Shown: piece by piece, positions 29,526 through 40,365 of the stretch
Numbering within the stretch: the first letter of the stretch is position 1
Layout of the letters: each line of letters starts with the position of its first letter
Assembly (NCBI GenBank): GCA_964491015.1
Contig: CAZBEY010000001.1
Span: 66,119-130,118 of the forward strand
From: an uncultured bacterium
GTDB lineage: Bacteria > Fidelibacterota > Marinisomatia > Marinisomatales > TCS55
DNA: 64,000 nucleotides
Direction of reading: 5' to 3'
The notes under the pieces: model-generated
What the model saw: the letters and a program-made list of their open reading frames with translations, nothing else
Told to the model about the DNA's origin: nothing
The model's database searches: none
Translations under genes and position numbers: made by a program

Positions 29526-30653
29526 TCAATCTCGGACCGGATCCTTTTTTAGATTTTTCAGGGGACATACTAAACAGAACCCTCTTTGACAATAATGAGA
29601 ATTCAAATATAATAACCCCTGGGTATTTCCAACATTGGTTAGCTCTTGTCGAGTAAATATATTTCCAAATTTTTTACTCATAAACCCATATGGATATTGG
29701 ATATGCATTCGGCCCCAAGAATCTTTCCAATATGTATAGGCTTCAATATTATTATTTTTCAGAGCATCGATCGCTAGAAATGGGAGAAAATAATTGATAG
29801 AACATTCGGTTAAAATACCTTTTCCCCCGCTGGGACAACGGAATGTGAGCTCTCGGAAAAACAATTCATAATTTGTAAATGCAGTGTTTTTGATTTGGGA
29901 TTTAAATGTGATTAACTCTATCAGTAGAGTAATCCGTTTCTCAGGCCAATGGGCGGGACGAATTCCGCAATGCTCCCAAACAATATCTATCGCCTTGGAT
30001 AGTGACTCAATCATTCTGATTTGTTTCTTTTTGGTCAATTGAATCAGCCGATCAATATCTAAATGGTTGACCAGTAATTTAAAATATTCTTCATTTCCTC
30101 CTTTTCCCAATACATTTGCCAATAAAGCGAAATGGTTTTTATTCGATATGGATTGAAGGTGCTTTTGCCATCTTTTTTCCCCCATATTATGCAATAATTG
30201 ATCATATTTATTTTCAATGTTTTGTTTCGTCAAAATACAATCATTTTTTCTATTCATCTTAAACACAAGTGTGTTTTCTAAAGGGCTTTTTATTTTTTCA
30301 ACCGGTTTGTGTACGATGTGTAAAATAACGCGATTGTAATGCTTATCATTTTCATGGTGATGGGTATACCAGTCCCGCTCCAAAATGTGACATTCTATAT
30401 CTCCCTCGACTATACTTGACTGAATAAACAAAATGGCATTGTTAATGTCCGGCCCTTTGTTTCTATTCCGCGTACCATGATGGATGATTGTAAGAGTACG
30501 ACCCTCTCTTGTGTCAAATGTTGTACCGATGGGAAGCTGAAACCATTGATTTAGAAGATCCTTTTCATAATATTGGTTCGGCTCACTCACATTTGAAACA
30601 AAACCATTTAACTTGATTAATTCACCGGCTTCATAACGTTGTAAATGGGTCAT
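29526..30653 (-). CDS. DUF2851-family protein
   Basis: 375 aa. NKGPDINNAILFI...GDIECHILERDWYTHHHENDKHYNRVILHIV matches the conserved core of DUF2851 as I recall it. Function is unknown. Confidence 0.6.
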   Translation of the reverse strand: MTHLQRYEAGELIKLNGFVSNVSEPNQYYEKDLLNQWFQLPIGTTFDTREGRTLTIIHHGTRNRNKGPDINNAILFIQSSIVEGDIECHILERDWYTHHHENDKHYNRVILHIVHKPVEKIKSPLENTLVFKMNRKNDCILTKQNIENKYDQLLHNMGEKRWQKHLQSISNKNHFALLANVLGKGGNEEYFKLLVNHLDIDRLIQLTKKKQIRMIESLSKAIDIVWEHCGIRPAHWPEKRITLLIELITFKSQIKNTAFTNYELFFRELTFRCPSGGKGILTECSINYFLPFLAIDALKNNNIEAYTYWKDSWGRMHIQYPYGFMSKKFGNIFTRQELTNVGNTQGLLYLNSHYCQRGFCLVCPLKNLKKDPVRD

Positions 30654-30857
30654 TTTAATCTTTGGATTGCTAATGACGATAAAACGCCTAAAGGCCGAAG
30701 CAACTGCGCGGGCAGGTAATGTCCACCAAGTACATATTTATGTTTTACATAATTACATAGGTCTATGATTCCTCTATCCATTAATATTACCTTTTTTGCA
30801 TTATTTAGTTCGTTTGCTCATGAATTATCCATGTTAGATCTGGAATAGGATATAATG

Positions 30858-31496
30858 TTAATTGGCCATCCATGATGACCTTAAATTTACAACTTCATTC
30901 CTTACAATTTCAGTAACTTGATTTCGATCCTCGTAATGATATATTGAAGTATCAACCGGCTCTCCTATAATCAAATGTATTGGTTTTGGTTGTACATTAA
31001 ACGATCCTTTTTTAACAACATTGAAGGTTCCGAAAATCCCCATCGGAACGATAGGAATGTTTGTTTGAATACCCAAGATAATACCACCCTTTTTAAACGG
31101 TTTCAACTTTCCGTCTAAGGATCGGGTTCCTTCCGGGAAAATGACAATAGACCGGGGATATTTACTTAGTGATTTTTTGGCGATTTCCATGGATTTAAGA
31201 GCGGCTCTATGATTCTTTCGATTTACAAAAATATATTTACCTAACATCATTGCCCAACCCATAAATGGAATTTTCCGCAACTCCACTTTCGCCATAAACA
31301 CAAGTTGATAAGGTAAGGTGGCCATGACCAATAATATATCAAAACCGGATTCGTGATTCGAAACGAAAACATATTGCCTGTCCCGATCCAGCTTTTCCAA
31401 TCCGTGAACGGAATAAGGTACACCACTGATCCATAAAATGATTCTAGACCATATTTTTCCCACCCAAGCAATGGGTTTTCCTCCGGGGAAAAACAA
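30858..31496 (-). CDS. plsC: 1-acyl-sn-glycerol-3-phosphate acyltransferase
   Basis: 212 aa with the HX4D motif (NHESGFD) and the FPEGTRS motif. Confidence 0.85.
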   Translation of the reverse strand: MFFPGGKPIAWVGKIWSRIILWISGVPYSVHGLEKLDRDRQYVFVSNHESGFDILLVMATLPYQLVFMAKVELRKIPFMGWAMMLGKYIFVNRKNHRAALKSMEIAKKSLSKYPRSIVIFPEGTRSLDGKLKPFKKGGIILGIQTNIPIVPMGIFGTFNVVKKGSFNVQPKPIHLIIGEPVDTSIYHYEDRNQVTEIVRNEVVNLRSSWMAN

Positions 31497-31570
31497 GGAA
31501 AGGATTATCCCGATGGTGGCTAATACGGGCGTCCAAATAAATAAATTAATAACAACCCAGACGAAACGAA

Positions 31571-32839
31571 TCAGATCAGAACCTCCTTACCTACGTAGGG
31601 TTGAAGTGCTTTTGGTACAATCACAATTCCGTCTCGTGTTTGATACGATTCCAAGAGTGCAACCGTTAGCCTTGGTGTGGCAACTCCCGAACCGTTCAAT
31701 GTATGAACAAAGGCTGTTTTGTGATCGAGAGATCGGCGATAGCGTATATTCCCCCGGCGCGCTTGGAAATCTTCGAAATTACTGCAGGATGAGACTTCCA
31801 GCCAATTCTCTTCAGCCGGAGACCAAACTTCCAAATCGTAACATTTGGCAGCTGAAAAACTCAAATCGCCTGTGCATAGCTCGATCACTCTATAATGAAG
31901 TCCCAGTGCTTGCAAAATCGCTTCTGCATTTTGAACCAGTAATTTCAATTCATCATAGGAAGATTTTGGCTCAACAAACTTAACCATTTCAACTTTATTA
32001 AATTGATGAACCCTAAGCAGCCCTCTCGTTTCTTTACCATAAGAACCGGCTTCCCTGCGAAAACAAGCTGAATATGCCGTGTAATTTTTCGGCAGATCCT
32101 GTTCATCCAGTATTTCATCTTTATGGATATTGGTAACCGGAACTTCTGCTGTTGGAATGAGAAATAATTCATCTTTTTCTGTAAAATACATGTCTTCAGC
32201 AAATTTGGGCAATTGGCCAACGGTAAACGGAGCTGAACCGCGGGCCATAAAAGGCGGAAAAATTTCAGTAAATCCATGATGGTCTACATGAAAATCAAGC
32301 ATAAAATTAATGAGGGCTCGTTCCAACTTAGCCCCTTGTCCAGTAAATAAAGGAAATCCCGAGCCGGATATTTTTGCTGATCGTTCAAAATCAAATAGAC
32401 CGAGAGATGAACCCAGTTCAATATGATCTTTAATTGAAAAATCAAATACGGGTCTTTCGCCCCATTCCTTTACAACTTTATTGTCCTTCTCACAGTTGCC
32501 TTTGGGTACGGACTCATGGGGAACATTCGGAATCAATTCAAGGATTGATCTAATCTCCTCCTGTAATTCGACTGCTTTTGTTTCAAGGAGTTTAATTTGA
32601 CCACCGACCTCACGCATTGTAGCAATGGCATTTGCGGCATCACCGCCCGATCGCTTGACATGAGCAATTTCTTCCGAAACACGGTTGCGTTCAGCACGGA
32701 GATCATTTATTTCTGTTAATATTTTACGATGCTGTTCATCTAAGTGAAGCAATAGAGAAAAATCGATTTTTTCCCCTTTTAAAGAAATACTTTTTTGAAG
32801 CGCATCTGCCGTTTCACGAATTCTGGATAAAGATAACAT
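31571..32839 (-). CDS. serS: Serine--tRNA ligase
   Basis: 422 aa with an N-terminal coiled coil and class II core motifs (FRREAGS, TLNGSGVATPR). Confidence 0.95.
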   Translation of the reverse strand: MLSLSRIRETADALQKSISLKGEKIDFSLLLHLDEQHRKILTEINDLRAERNRVSEEIAHVKRSGGDAANAIATMREVGGQIKLLETKAVELQEEIRSILELIPNVPHESVPKGNCEKDNKVVKEWGERPVFDFSIKDHIELGSSLGLFDFERSAKISGSGFPLFTGQGAKLERALINFMLDFHVDHHGFTEIFPPFMARGSAPFTVGQLPKFAEDMYFTEKDELFLIPTAEVPVTNIHKDEILDEQDLPKNYTAYSACFRREAGSYGKETRGLLRVHQFNKVEMVKFVEPKSSYDELKLLVQNAEAILQALGLHYRVIELCTGDLSFSAAKCYDLEVWSPAEENWLEVSSCSNFEDFQARRGNIRYRRSLDHKTAFVHTLNGSGVATPRLTVALLESYQTRDGIVIVPKALQPYVGKEVLI

Positions 32840-32888
32840 ATTTTTTTGGGATTATTTGTTTATAAAAATTAGAGAGTAAAAAATGGAT

Positions 32889-33497
32889 TTACAATGATGT
32901 AGATTTTAAAAAATACCTTGCGTGTCTCAATCCAAGAAAATTGTAAGAATAATTTTGGTCGAACAAGTTGTATCCAATTTCACTAAAAGTATTTTTCCAT
33001 TCGGCATTGCTTTTATTACGATGAGGATGATTTTTGAATTCAAGATTTAACACAGTATCCATCAACAATGTGTAATATTTCTGAAGAGGGTTTATAATAA
33101 CATCTTCAAAAATGACAACATGTTTTGAGATCCTGTTCACTTCTTTCAGGAGATAGATAGGATCATTTGAGTGGTGTAGCACGAAAATGAGAAGGGCATA
33201 ATCAAATTCTTTATTCTTAAATGGTAACGGTTTATCGGGAGAACCTAAAGTGAATTTTATTTTATGAGACAGATTACGGTTGACAACATCAAAACCCACA
33301 ACAGATTGAGCATGGTCTTGCAATTTTTCTGTAATTAATCCGGATCCACACCCAATATCAATGATGGAACACTCCCCTTGATTCTGACCCAGGAATTTGA
33401 TTATTTGTTTCAGCCTTGACCTGGATCTTACATCCTCAAAAAAATATAAAAATCTTCTAAATATTTTAATTTTAAAAAGGATTGAAACCAACGACAT
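32889..33497 (-). CDS. Class I SAM-dependent methyltransferase
   Basis: 202 aa with motif I (IIDIGCGSGL). It lies at the downstream end of the polysaccharide locus. Confidence 0.7.
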   Translation of the reverse strand: MSLVSILFKIKIFRRFLYFFEDVRSRSRLKQIIKFLGQNQGECSIIDIGCGSGLITEKLQDHAQSVVGFDVVNRNLSHKIKFTLGSPDKPLPFKNKEFDYALLIFVLHHSNDPIYLLKEVNRISKHVVIFEDVIINPLQKYYTLLMDTVLNLEFKNHPHRNKSNAEWKNTFSEIGYNLFDQNYSYNFLGLRHARYFLKSTSL

Positions 33498-33507
33498 GAG
33501 TTGAAAA

Positions 33508-34923
33508 TTATCGGCCTTCGCCGGATAACATCACCCACGCTGTACTCAACATAATTTTCAGATCCAGTGAAAAACTCAGGTTCTCTATATAATAAAAATC
33601 ATATTTCAATTTTTGTCTGACATCCTCAATCTCCTGATCATAAGGATGCTTGATTTGAGCCCAACCAGTGATGCCGGGGCGGATTTTTAAACGCCGGTAA
33701 TAAAACGGGTATTCCTGAACCAATTTGTCAACAAAATAAGGCCGCTCCGGACGGGGTCCAATCAAACTCATATCCCCTTTGATTACCATAAGCAGTTGGG
33801 GAAGTTCATCCAGACGAAAGCGTCGCAATACTCGCCCGACCCGGGTGATACGAGCATCTTCTTCACTCGCCCAGACAGGACCGGTTAATTGCTCAGCATT
33901 CTCCACCATCGTTCTGAATTTATAAATGGTAAAATGCTTCTGCAGTTTCCCCACCCTATCTTGTTTATAGAATATAGGCCCTTTACTATCGATTTTGATA
34001 ATCGCAGATGTAATAATCCATATTGGGAGTGAAATGACCAGAGAGGGAATGGCAATGAGCAAATCCAGTATTCGTTTTATGATGATATTATAAACGGTCT
34101 CCAAGTTGGGGTTTACTTTAATGAGAGGAAGACCATATATCTGCTCTGTTCTGGCGAGTCCACTAATGACTTCGTGAAGGTCCGGTACAATTTTGATGGA
34201 GACCGGTGATCCGTTCGCTCGCGTAATGATCCGTGTGACATGTGTGTGCTCAAGAACCGTGGGCGCCACAATGACTTCTGAAATCTGGTTTTCCAAAATA
34301 ATGGATTTCAAATCTCTTTCATGTCCAATAATATGAACACCATTGGTTTCATCTATATCCGGATCATCATCCGAATGAACAAACCCCAATAAATCAAACC
34401 CCTGGTTTTTCTGGACAGTAATATTATCAGCCACTTGAAATCCTCTGTCATTTACCCCCACAATGATGGTTTTTCGAAGACCGTATCCTTTGGTAAGTAA
34501 ATATTTTTGAACGGAGCGAAAAATCCATCGCGGGATTGAAAGACTCATGATTAACACCAGCCAATAACGCAATATTTCTTGTGCATTTACAGGTAGAACA
34601 ACAGGGGTTAACGCATCGATAAATACAGCGACCAATGCGATCAAAAAGGTTACTTTAACAATTTGTTGAATTTCATAGAATCTTGAAACAGTCGGTTCGC
34701 TGCGATACAAATCTAATGGTAAAAATATAATTCCTAACAATACCTGCCCCAGCGCAAATATCATAAATGTTTCCAATGGACTTATTTGAACATTGTTGCT
34801 GATACTGGGTACGAGTACCATGTAAAATGCAATTGAGGTAAAAATTGCATCTGTAAAATATAAACCCCACGCAATGACCCATCGGGGGTATCGGATACGC
34901 AGATGTTGTATTGTTTCCAGCAT
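33508..34923 (-). CDS. Polyprenyl-phosphate glycosyl-1-phosphate transferase (WbaP/WcaJ-type priming enzyme)
   Basis: 471 aa with N-terminal TM helices and a C-terminal bacterial sugar-transferase domain (DELPQL, GDMSLIGPRPERP). Confidence 0.85.
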   Translation of the reverse strand: MLETIQHLRIRYPRWVIAWGLYFTDAIFTSIAFYMVLVPSISNNVQISPLETFMIFALGQVLLGIIFLPLDLYRSEPTVSRFYEIQQIVKVTFLIALVAVFIDALTPVVLPVNAQEILRYWLVLIMSLSIPRWIFRSVQKYLLTKGYGLRKTIIVGVNDRGFQVADNITVQKNQGFDLLGFVHSDDDPDIDETNGVHIIGHERDLKSIILENQISEVIVAPTVLEHTHVTRIITRANGSPVSIKIVPDLHEVISGLARTEQIYGLPLIKVNPNLETVYNIIIKRILDLLIAIPSLVISLPIWIITSAIIKIDSKGPIFYKQDRVGKLQKHFTIYKFRTMVENAEQLTGPVWASEEDARITRVGRVLRRFRLDELPQLLMVIKGDMSLIGPRPERPYFVDKLVQEYPFYYRRLKIRPGITGWAQIKHPYDQEIEDVRQKLKYDFYYIENLSFSLDLKIMLSTAWVMLSGEGR

Positions 34924-35155
34924 AATGAAAATTATATAAACTTTATTTTCTATTAGATGTGCTGGATCACACGAGAAATTGAGAAATCATTATACAGTTG
35001 TTCATGTTTTTTATTTTATTATTTAAACTAACTGATAACGATTGTGGGCGATAGAACTCCTTTGAAGTTGATGAAAATTAGGTCAACTTTAGTTTGTTGT
35101 CAAGTAAATGAAATTAATAGAATAAATAGGTTTAAAAAGCGTAGACTTCTGTCTT

Positions 35156-36766
35156 ATGAAAATCCACCCACGATCTAATATATGCGGATTATTCGTCCTA
35201 TCTACTTTAACGGGGTTACTGATCTGTCAAGATGTACCTGTTGATATAAGTCATCCGGTAAATGATTTTATTCTCCGTTATAGTGCTAAAGGGGTTGCAA
35301 AATCAATCCATCCCGGACTAAAACCATTTTCTATTAACCAAATAAATGCTGCTTTAGATGAAATTTCAAATGCCGAACTTTCAAAAAGTGAACGGGACCT
35401 GCTGTTTTATTTTATCAGAGAATTTGACGTTAACAATTTCAAAAAAGGGTTCCAAGCTCCTTGGCAAATTTCCTACCTAAAGAAAGGTGCGAACGCTGCC
35501 TTTTCCCCATACAATCAGAATAGTGATGAATTAAGGTTTATATCATACAGGGATAAAGGTCTTTCTCTTTGGATAGATTGGGAAGAATTGATCAGCGTAG
35601 ATGCCCAAGACACCATTCACCGATCTTTCAATAATGACCATGTTACTGTATCAGGAAGATTTAATGAAAATGTATCATTTTACAGCTCCTATTCACTATT
35701 TCGAGTGGGATACCAGGATTCCGATCCCATTCCGGAAGAATTCAAACAAGGTTATCTTTTGCTTGAAGAAAATACCCATTGGTTGATCTGGGACGTTTCG
35801 GAGGCATCCCTGAAATGGAATAATTCGATTGTGGATATTGAACTGAGTAAAATTCCTGTTTATTGGGGATTCAGCAGACGCCACTCTCCAATTCTTTCGG
35901 GAAATGTTCAACCATTTTCTTTTTTTAGACTATCAAAAAATTATTATAGAGTCCGGGCTGAAAGTATCATAGGTTCACTTGTCCCCTATTGTGGTAGTAG
36001 AAAAAGTAACATTGAAGAAAAACACATTGCAGCTCATCGCTTTGAATTTGATCTAACACAATCTTTAACCATTTCATTCAACGAAATGGTTATTTATGCC
36101 CGAAGGAATCTTGAATTAGGTTATTTATTACCGGTGAATCTGTTCTGGTCGGAAGAACATAGTTTGGGAAACAGGGATAACGTACTTATGTCATTTGATA
36201 CATTCTGGAATGTAACACCGGGCTTATCGGTTTATGGAACTTTTTTCTGGGATGAGTTATCCTGGTTCAAATTATTCAGCCCCTGGTGGGGAAATAAATT
36301 CATTTTTCAATCGGGGTTTCATTGGGTTCCATTCTCTAACCCAAAACTTCCTGATTTCAGAATTGAATACACCGCCAGTCGCCCCTGGGTTTACACCCAT
36401 CAGGATTCACTGCTCAACTATACTTCCGCAGGCCACGGATTGGGCTTTCCCACAGGACCAAATTCCCAATTGCTCTATCTGGAAATGAATATGTGGCCAA
36501 CATATAAAACGTATCTGTCGTTTAATATTTCTTATCTTATTAAAGGATCTGGAGTTGGTTCAACTCCAAATGATAACTACAGTTTGAGGGATAAATCGTT
36601 GGATAATAATACCCCTTTCTTATTGGGGGATGTTCATGACCAGTTTATTGTAGGAACTCACTTCCGTATTCGGGTAACAGAACTTTTTTATATAACCGGA
36701 AAATTAATCTATAACAATAGTGAAAATATATTTGAAGGTAAATTGGGTTTATTGATGAATTATTAG
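35156..36766 (+). CDS. Outer-membrane protein, possibly Wzi-like capsule assembly protein
   Basis: 536 aa with a signal peptide, an aromatic-rich beta-barrel-like composition and a C-terminal aromatic residue. The N-terminal helical segment resembles Wzi. It is the only plus-strand gene inside the polysaccharide locus. Confidence 0.45.
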   Translation: MKIHPRSNICGLFVLSTLTGLLICQDVPVDISHPVNDFILRYSAKGVAKSIHPGLKPFSINQINAALDEISNAELSKSERDLLFYFIREFDVNNFKKGFQAPWQISYLKKGANAAFSPYNQNSDELRFISYRDKGLSLWIDWEELISVDAQDTIHRSFNNDHVTVSGRFNENVSFYSSYSLFRVGYQDSDPIPEEFKQGYLLLEENTHWLIWDVSEASLKWNNSIVDIELSKIPVYWGFSRRHSPILSGNVQPFSFFRLSKNYYRVRAESIIGSLVPYCGSRKSNIEEKHIAAHRFEFDLTQSLTISFNEMVIYARRNLELGYLLPVNLFWSEEHSLGNRDNVLMSFDTFWNVTPGLSVYGTFFWDELSWFKLFSPWWGNKFIFQSGFHWVPFSNPKLPDFRIEYTASRPWVYTHQDSLLNYTSAGHGLGFPTGPNSQLLYLEMNMWPTYKTYLSFNISYLIKGSGVGSTPNDNYSLRDKSLDNNTPFLLGDVHDQFIVGTHFRIRVTELFYITGKLIYNNSENIFEGKLGLLMNY

Positions 36767-37830
36767 CGAACCACGTTCCATGTTGTTTGTTTTTTACCCG
36801 ACAGCCAATCTATGACAGCCAGCGCAGATGCAACATTTACTTTAATTATATAACGCACACCAGAATGAAAAATTCCAATAATGTAAAACAAAATCTGGAG
36901 TACCAGAAAGAGCCGAAACATGTATGAATCTGAAGATAAAAACATGGTGGACAACAAACATAAAAACATTAAAAACGGCAAAAACCAGCGAATCAATTTA
37001 TGAGAAACATAGGGCATAAAAATGGATCGCTTAGAAAATGGATTTAATAAGACTAATATGTACTTCATGGAGACTAAACTCCTTAGAATAATTCTCCTTT
37101 TTCGGTTTATCACTTCATCAGGAGCATCTTCAAAAGCAATCGCTTCCGGTTCATAAACTACATCCAATCCATTGCCATAAACCATAATGGGTTCTAAATG
37201 ATCGCTGATTGAATCTTCAGGCAATGAAACATAGGCAGATTTTCTCACAGCATAAATACTGCCATTCGCTCCGAGAAGCCAACCATTTTTACTTTCTGCT
37301 TTCTTGATTGCAACTTCATATTTCCAATAAGCATTTTCTTCAGATTTTTTATTATTATATTTTAATTCACCGCATACAACACCCACCTTTTTATCGGCAA
37401 AGTTCCTCACCAATTTTCTTAGAGCATCCACTTTATAAACATTATTTGCATCGCTAAATATTAAAATATCATTTCGAGCCATTTTGACCGCTTCATTTTG
37501 GGCATTTGTTTTTCCGCTGTGCTGTAATGCCAATATTTCAACAAATCTAAATTCTTTTGCTATGTTCAATGTTTTATCAGTCGAACCATCATCAGCCAAA
37601 ATAATTTGTATTTTGTCAACGGGATAATCGAGATTCATTGTGTTTTCTAATTTAACAGCAATATTTTTTTGTTCATTGTGGGCACAAATAACAAGGGAAA
37701 TACCTGGCATGTATTGCTCATCTTTTTCGTATGTATTTTGTTTAAATATTTTGAGCAGTAAATAATAGATCACAGCTGTATAAATAATCAATCCGCCACT
37801 TACCCAAAAAATAATATACATAAAATTCAT
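36763..37830 (-). CDS. Glycosyltransferase family 2
   Basis: 355 aa. ISLVICAHNE...ILADDGSTDKT is the GT2 DxD region. There are C-terminal TM helices. Confidence 0.8.
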   Translation of the reverse strand: MNFMYIIFWVSGGLIIYTAVIYYLLLKIFKQNTYEKDEQYMPGISLVICAHNEQKNIAVKLENTMNLDYPVDKIQIILADDGSTDKTLNIAKEFRFVEILALQHSGKTNAQNEAVKMARNDILIFSDANNVYKVDALRKLVRNFADKKVGVVCGELKYNNKKSEENAYWKYEVAIKKAESKNGWLLGANGSIYAVRKSAYVSLPEDSISDHLEPIMVYGNGLDVVYEPEAIAFEDAPDEVINRKRRIILRSLVSMKYILVLLNPFSKRSIFMPYVSHKLIRWFLPFLMFLCLLSTMFLSSDSYMFRLFLVLQILFYIIGIFHSGVRYIIKVNVASALAVIDWLSGKKQTTWNVVR

Positions 37831-38939
37831 GTTAATATCGATTTCATCACAGCAATCAATTTTTCTTCTTCAGAAGTCCAATTAAATTTACTGTTTAAAG
37901 CATCTATACCATTTTGAGACATTTTATCGTACAAATTAGAATCGGTTAATAATCTGGAAATTTCTTTGGTAGCAGCATTTAAATCTAATGGATCCACTGT
38001 CACACCAGCATCGCATTCATCTATTAATTCAATGTATAACGGGAAATTTGAGCAGACAAAGGGGACACCTGCTTGCATATAGTCAAATAGCTTGGTTGGG
38101 TAAGAATGAATATAATTGGGGATTGGTTTGAGCAGACATAACCCTAGTTTTGATTTGCACACTATTTTCATAGCTTCTGGGTAATCAATATATCCAAACA
38201 ATGTAACATGTTTATCCAAACCGAATTTTTCAATTTTATCTTTAATTAGTTCATTTGCATTTTTTTCAATTTTACCAATGATTGCTAATTTTATATCAGC
38301 AAAGTCAGAAATTAATTTATTTAGAACTCCAATGATCAAGATGCAGCCTCGATCTTCGGTCACATCCCCCAAATATACTAAATCGTATATAGAATCTTTA
38401 TCTTTGGAACAATCTTTTACAATTGGATAATTAAGCACAACAGTTGCGTTATTTTTTATGAATTTTTGATAGGAATGCTCCGCCAATAGATAGTGACTGA
38501 AGGTCCTTTTGCTTATCCATTGGAGTAATGTATAACCCGCGATAGCAAAAAGCTTTGAAAATGGTCCCAGCCACTTTTTCCGTTTAATGGATGCAACGGT
38601 ATTTTCATGCATATCATAAACAACTCTAATACCTTGAATAACGGCTGCTTTGATTCCAATCCAGATTAATTCAGGGTCATGAAAAATAAAAATGTCTGCA
38701 TTAGATTGTTGTAAGCGATGCCATAATTCAATCCGGATAGCTTTGCGATCTGATTCCTTTTGCCATTGTGGAAGTCCAAATATGGTTACATTTTTCAAGT
38801 GTTTCTGTTCAAAATCTGCTGGGGCATGTAATTCAACGTCAAAATGCTTGGCCAGAGAAACTGCTTCTTTATGGAAAATGCGATTGTCGGTACAGGAATG
38901 AACGCTTGTTCCGATAAATATTTTTCGAATATTATGCAT
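37827..38939 (-). CDS. Glycosyltransferase family 4 (GT-B, group 1)
   Basis: 370 aa with a C-terminal GT1/GT4-like segment (YPTKLFDYMQAGVPFVCSN). It overlaps its neighbours by 4 and 8 nt. Confidence 0.7.
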   Translation of the reverse strand: MHNIRKIFIGTSVHSCTDNRIFHKEAVSLAKHFDVELHAPADFEQKHLKNVTIFGLPQWQKESDRKAIRIELWHRLQQSNADIFIFHDPELIWIGIKAAVIQGIRVVYDMHENTVASIKRKKWLGPFSKLFAIAGYTLLQWISKRTFSHYLLAEHSYQKFIKNNATVVLNYPIVKDCSKDKDSIYDLVYLGDVTEDRGCILIIGVLNKLISDFADIKLAIIGKIEKNANELIKDKIEKFGLDKHVTLFGYIDYPEAMKIVCKSKLGLCLLKPIPNYIHSYPTKLFDYMQAGVPFVCSNFPLYIELIDECDAGVTVDPLDLNAATKEISRLLTDSNLYDKMSQNGIDALNSKFNWTSEEEKLIAVMKSILT

Positions 38940-40365
38940 TTATTTTCGATTTCAGGTCAGCAAGCCACCCCTTTTTTGTATACACGAAAATAAATATTCC
39001 CGAAATAATATAAATTAATGTTGCAAAAAATAGTTGGTTCAATAATGTCAAATGTAAATTCGTTAAAAGTTTATTTATAACATAGATAAATAAAATACTT
39101 AAAATAATATCCCTAATTAATTTTAAATCAAAAAATGTATGATTATATAATTTTTGTAAAATAATAATACTCACCAGCCCTGCACATATTTGGCTAACAA
39201 TAAAACTTATCAATGCTATTGTTAACATATTTAAATTAAAGCTCTCACCGACAATTAAAATAATGATCATTATAAAAGCAGCAATTCCATACACCAATGA
39301 ATTATACCCTTTTTCTGAAACTGCATCAATTGGACTTCGAGCTAAACCGGATAATGTATAAAAGGGTAATGCAAGAATAGATATTTTTAATATTAATGAT
39401 CCAGTTTCATTTACCTCTCCCAACCATATTTCTAAAATTGTTGAAGCATTAATAAAACAATATGCTGAACCAATAATACTTAACATTATACCAGCATTTA
39501 AAAAAATAGTGAGGATATTTGTAACATCGCTCTTATAATTATTTGCTAATTTATTTGATATCCTCGGAAGCATTACCATGCCAATAGGACTAATAATAAG
39601 TAAAGAAAGTCTTACCAAACTTAAACTTGAATTAAAATAAGCAACGCTTTCGAAACTAACTTTTTGAGCTATATAAATTGGAATCCCTGCTAATAAAATA
39701 AATTGTGAAATAAAACTAATTATTCTTTCTAAACCATAACCCAGTATTTTTTTGGAATGTTGAAAATTAATATTTCTAATTCTTAATCCATTATTTCGAA
39801 GTATAAACCCTATTATCATCATAGAGAAGACAAGTAATCCAATCATTAACATCGAATCATATAGGTTAAATCCTAGGGCAAAAATAGTTATTGGTATAAT
39901 TGCTGTTCCAAACAAATGAAGAAAATTAGCACCAATCATATTCATATAACCTCTGAACAACCCATAAGAAATAGACTGGGCACTCATACTTAATGAATAA
40001 ACTAAATATGTCCAAAAGTAATCCTGATTAAAACCCGTTATATCAAATAAAAAAATACCAGCAATAAAAAATACAGTTAGCGGAATTGTTATCAACCAAA
40101 ATATGAAAAATGTATTATCACCATATGATTTATTAAATTTTTGACTTAAGAAATTTGGTAATCCAACATTCATTCCAATTAATAAAATACCAATTACTGA
40201 AGATAAAGTTCTTTTTACAAGTAAGAATTCACCGAGAGTTTCTAAACCATATAATCTAGCAATTAACCCATTTAGAATAAAAACTCCACCAATAACAACT
40301 AGCCCATTTAAGAGAGTGACCATCAAATCTGCTTTAAATGATAATTGTTTATTTATCCAATTCAT
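38932..40365 (-). CDS. Polysaccharide flippase (Wzx-like, MOP superfamily)
   Basis: About 477 aa with roughly 12-14 predicted TM helices, in a typical locus position. The start was set to the ATG at 40365, which forms an ATGA overlap with the upstream gene. The ORF track starts at 40398. Confidence 0.55.
   Translation of the reverse strand: MNWINKQLSFKADLMVTLLNGLVVIGGVFILNGLIARLYGLETLGEFLLVKRTLSSVIGILLIGMNVGLPNFLSQKFNKSYGDNTFFIFWLITIPLTVFFIAGIFLFDITGFNQDYFWTYLVYSLSMSAQSISYGLFRGYMNMIGANFLHLFGTAIIPITIFALGFNLYDSMLMIGLLVFSMMIIGFILRNNGLRIRNINFQHSKKILGYGLERIISFISQFILLAGIPIYIAQKVSFESVAYFNSSLSLVRLSLLIISPIGMVMLPRISNKLANNYKSDVTNILTIFLNAGIMLSIIGSAYCFINASTILEIWLGEVNETGSLILKISILALPFYTLSGLARSPIDAVSEKGYNSLVYGIAAFIMIIILIVGESFNLNMLTIALISFIVSQICAGLVSIIILQKLYNHTFFDLKLIRDIILSILFIYVINKLLTNLHLTLLNQLFFATLIYIISGIFIFVYTKKGWLADLKSKINA

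Noticed and set aside
31438-31983. A 181-aa plus-strand ORF antisense to serS and the plsC start
   Set aside because: It overlaps the well-supported seryl-tRNA synthetase frame and has no recognisable motifs. It is a shadow ORF.
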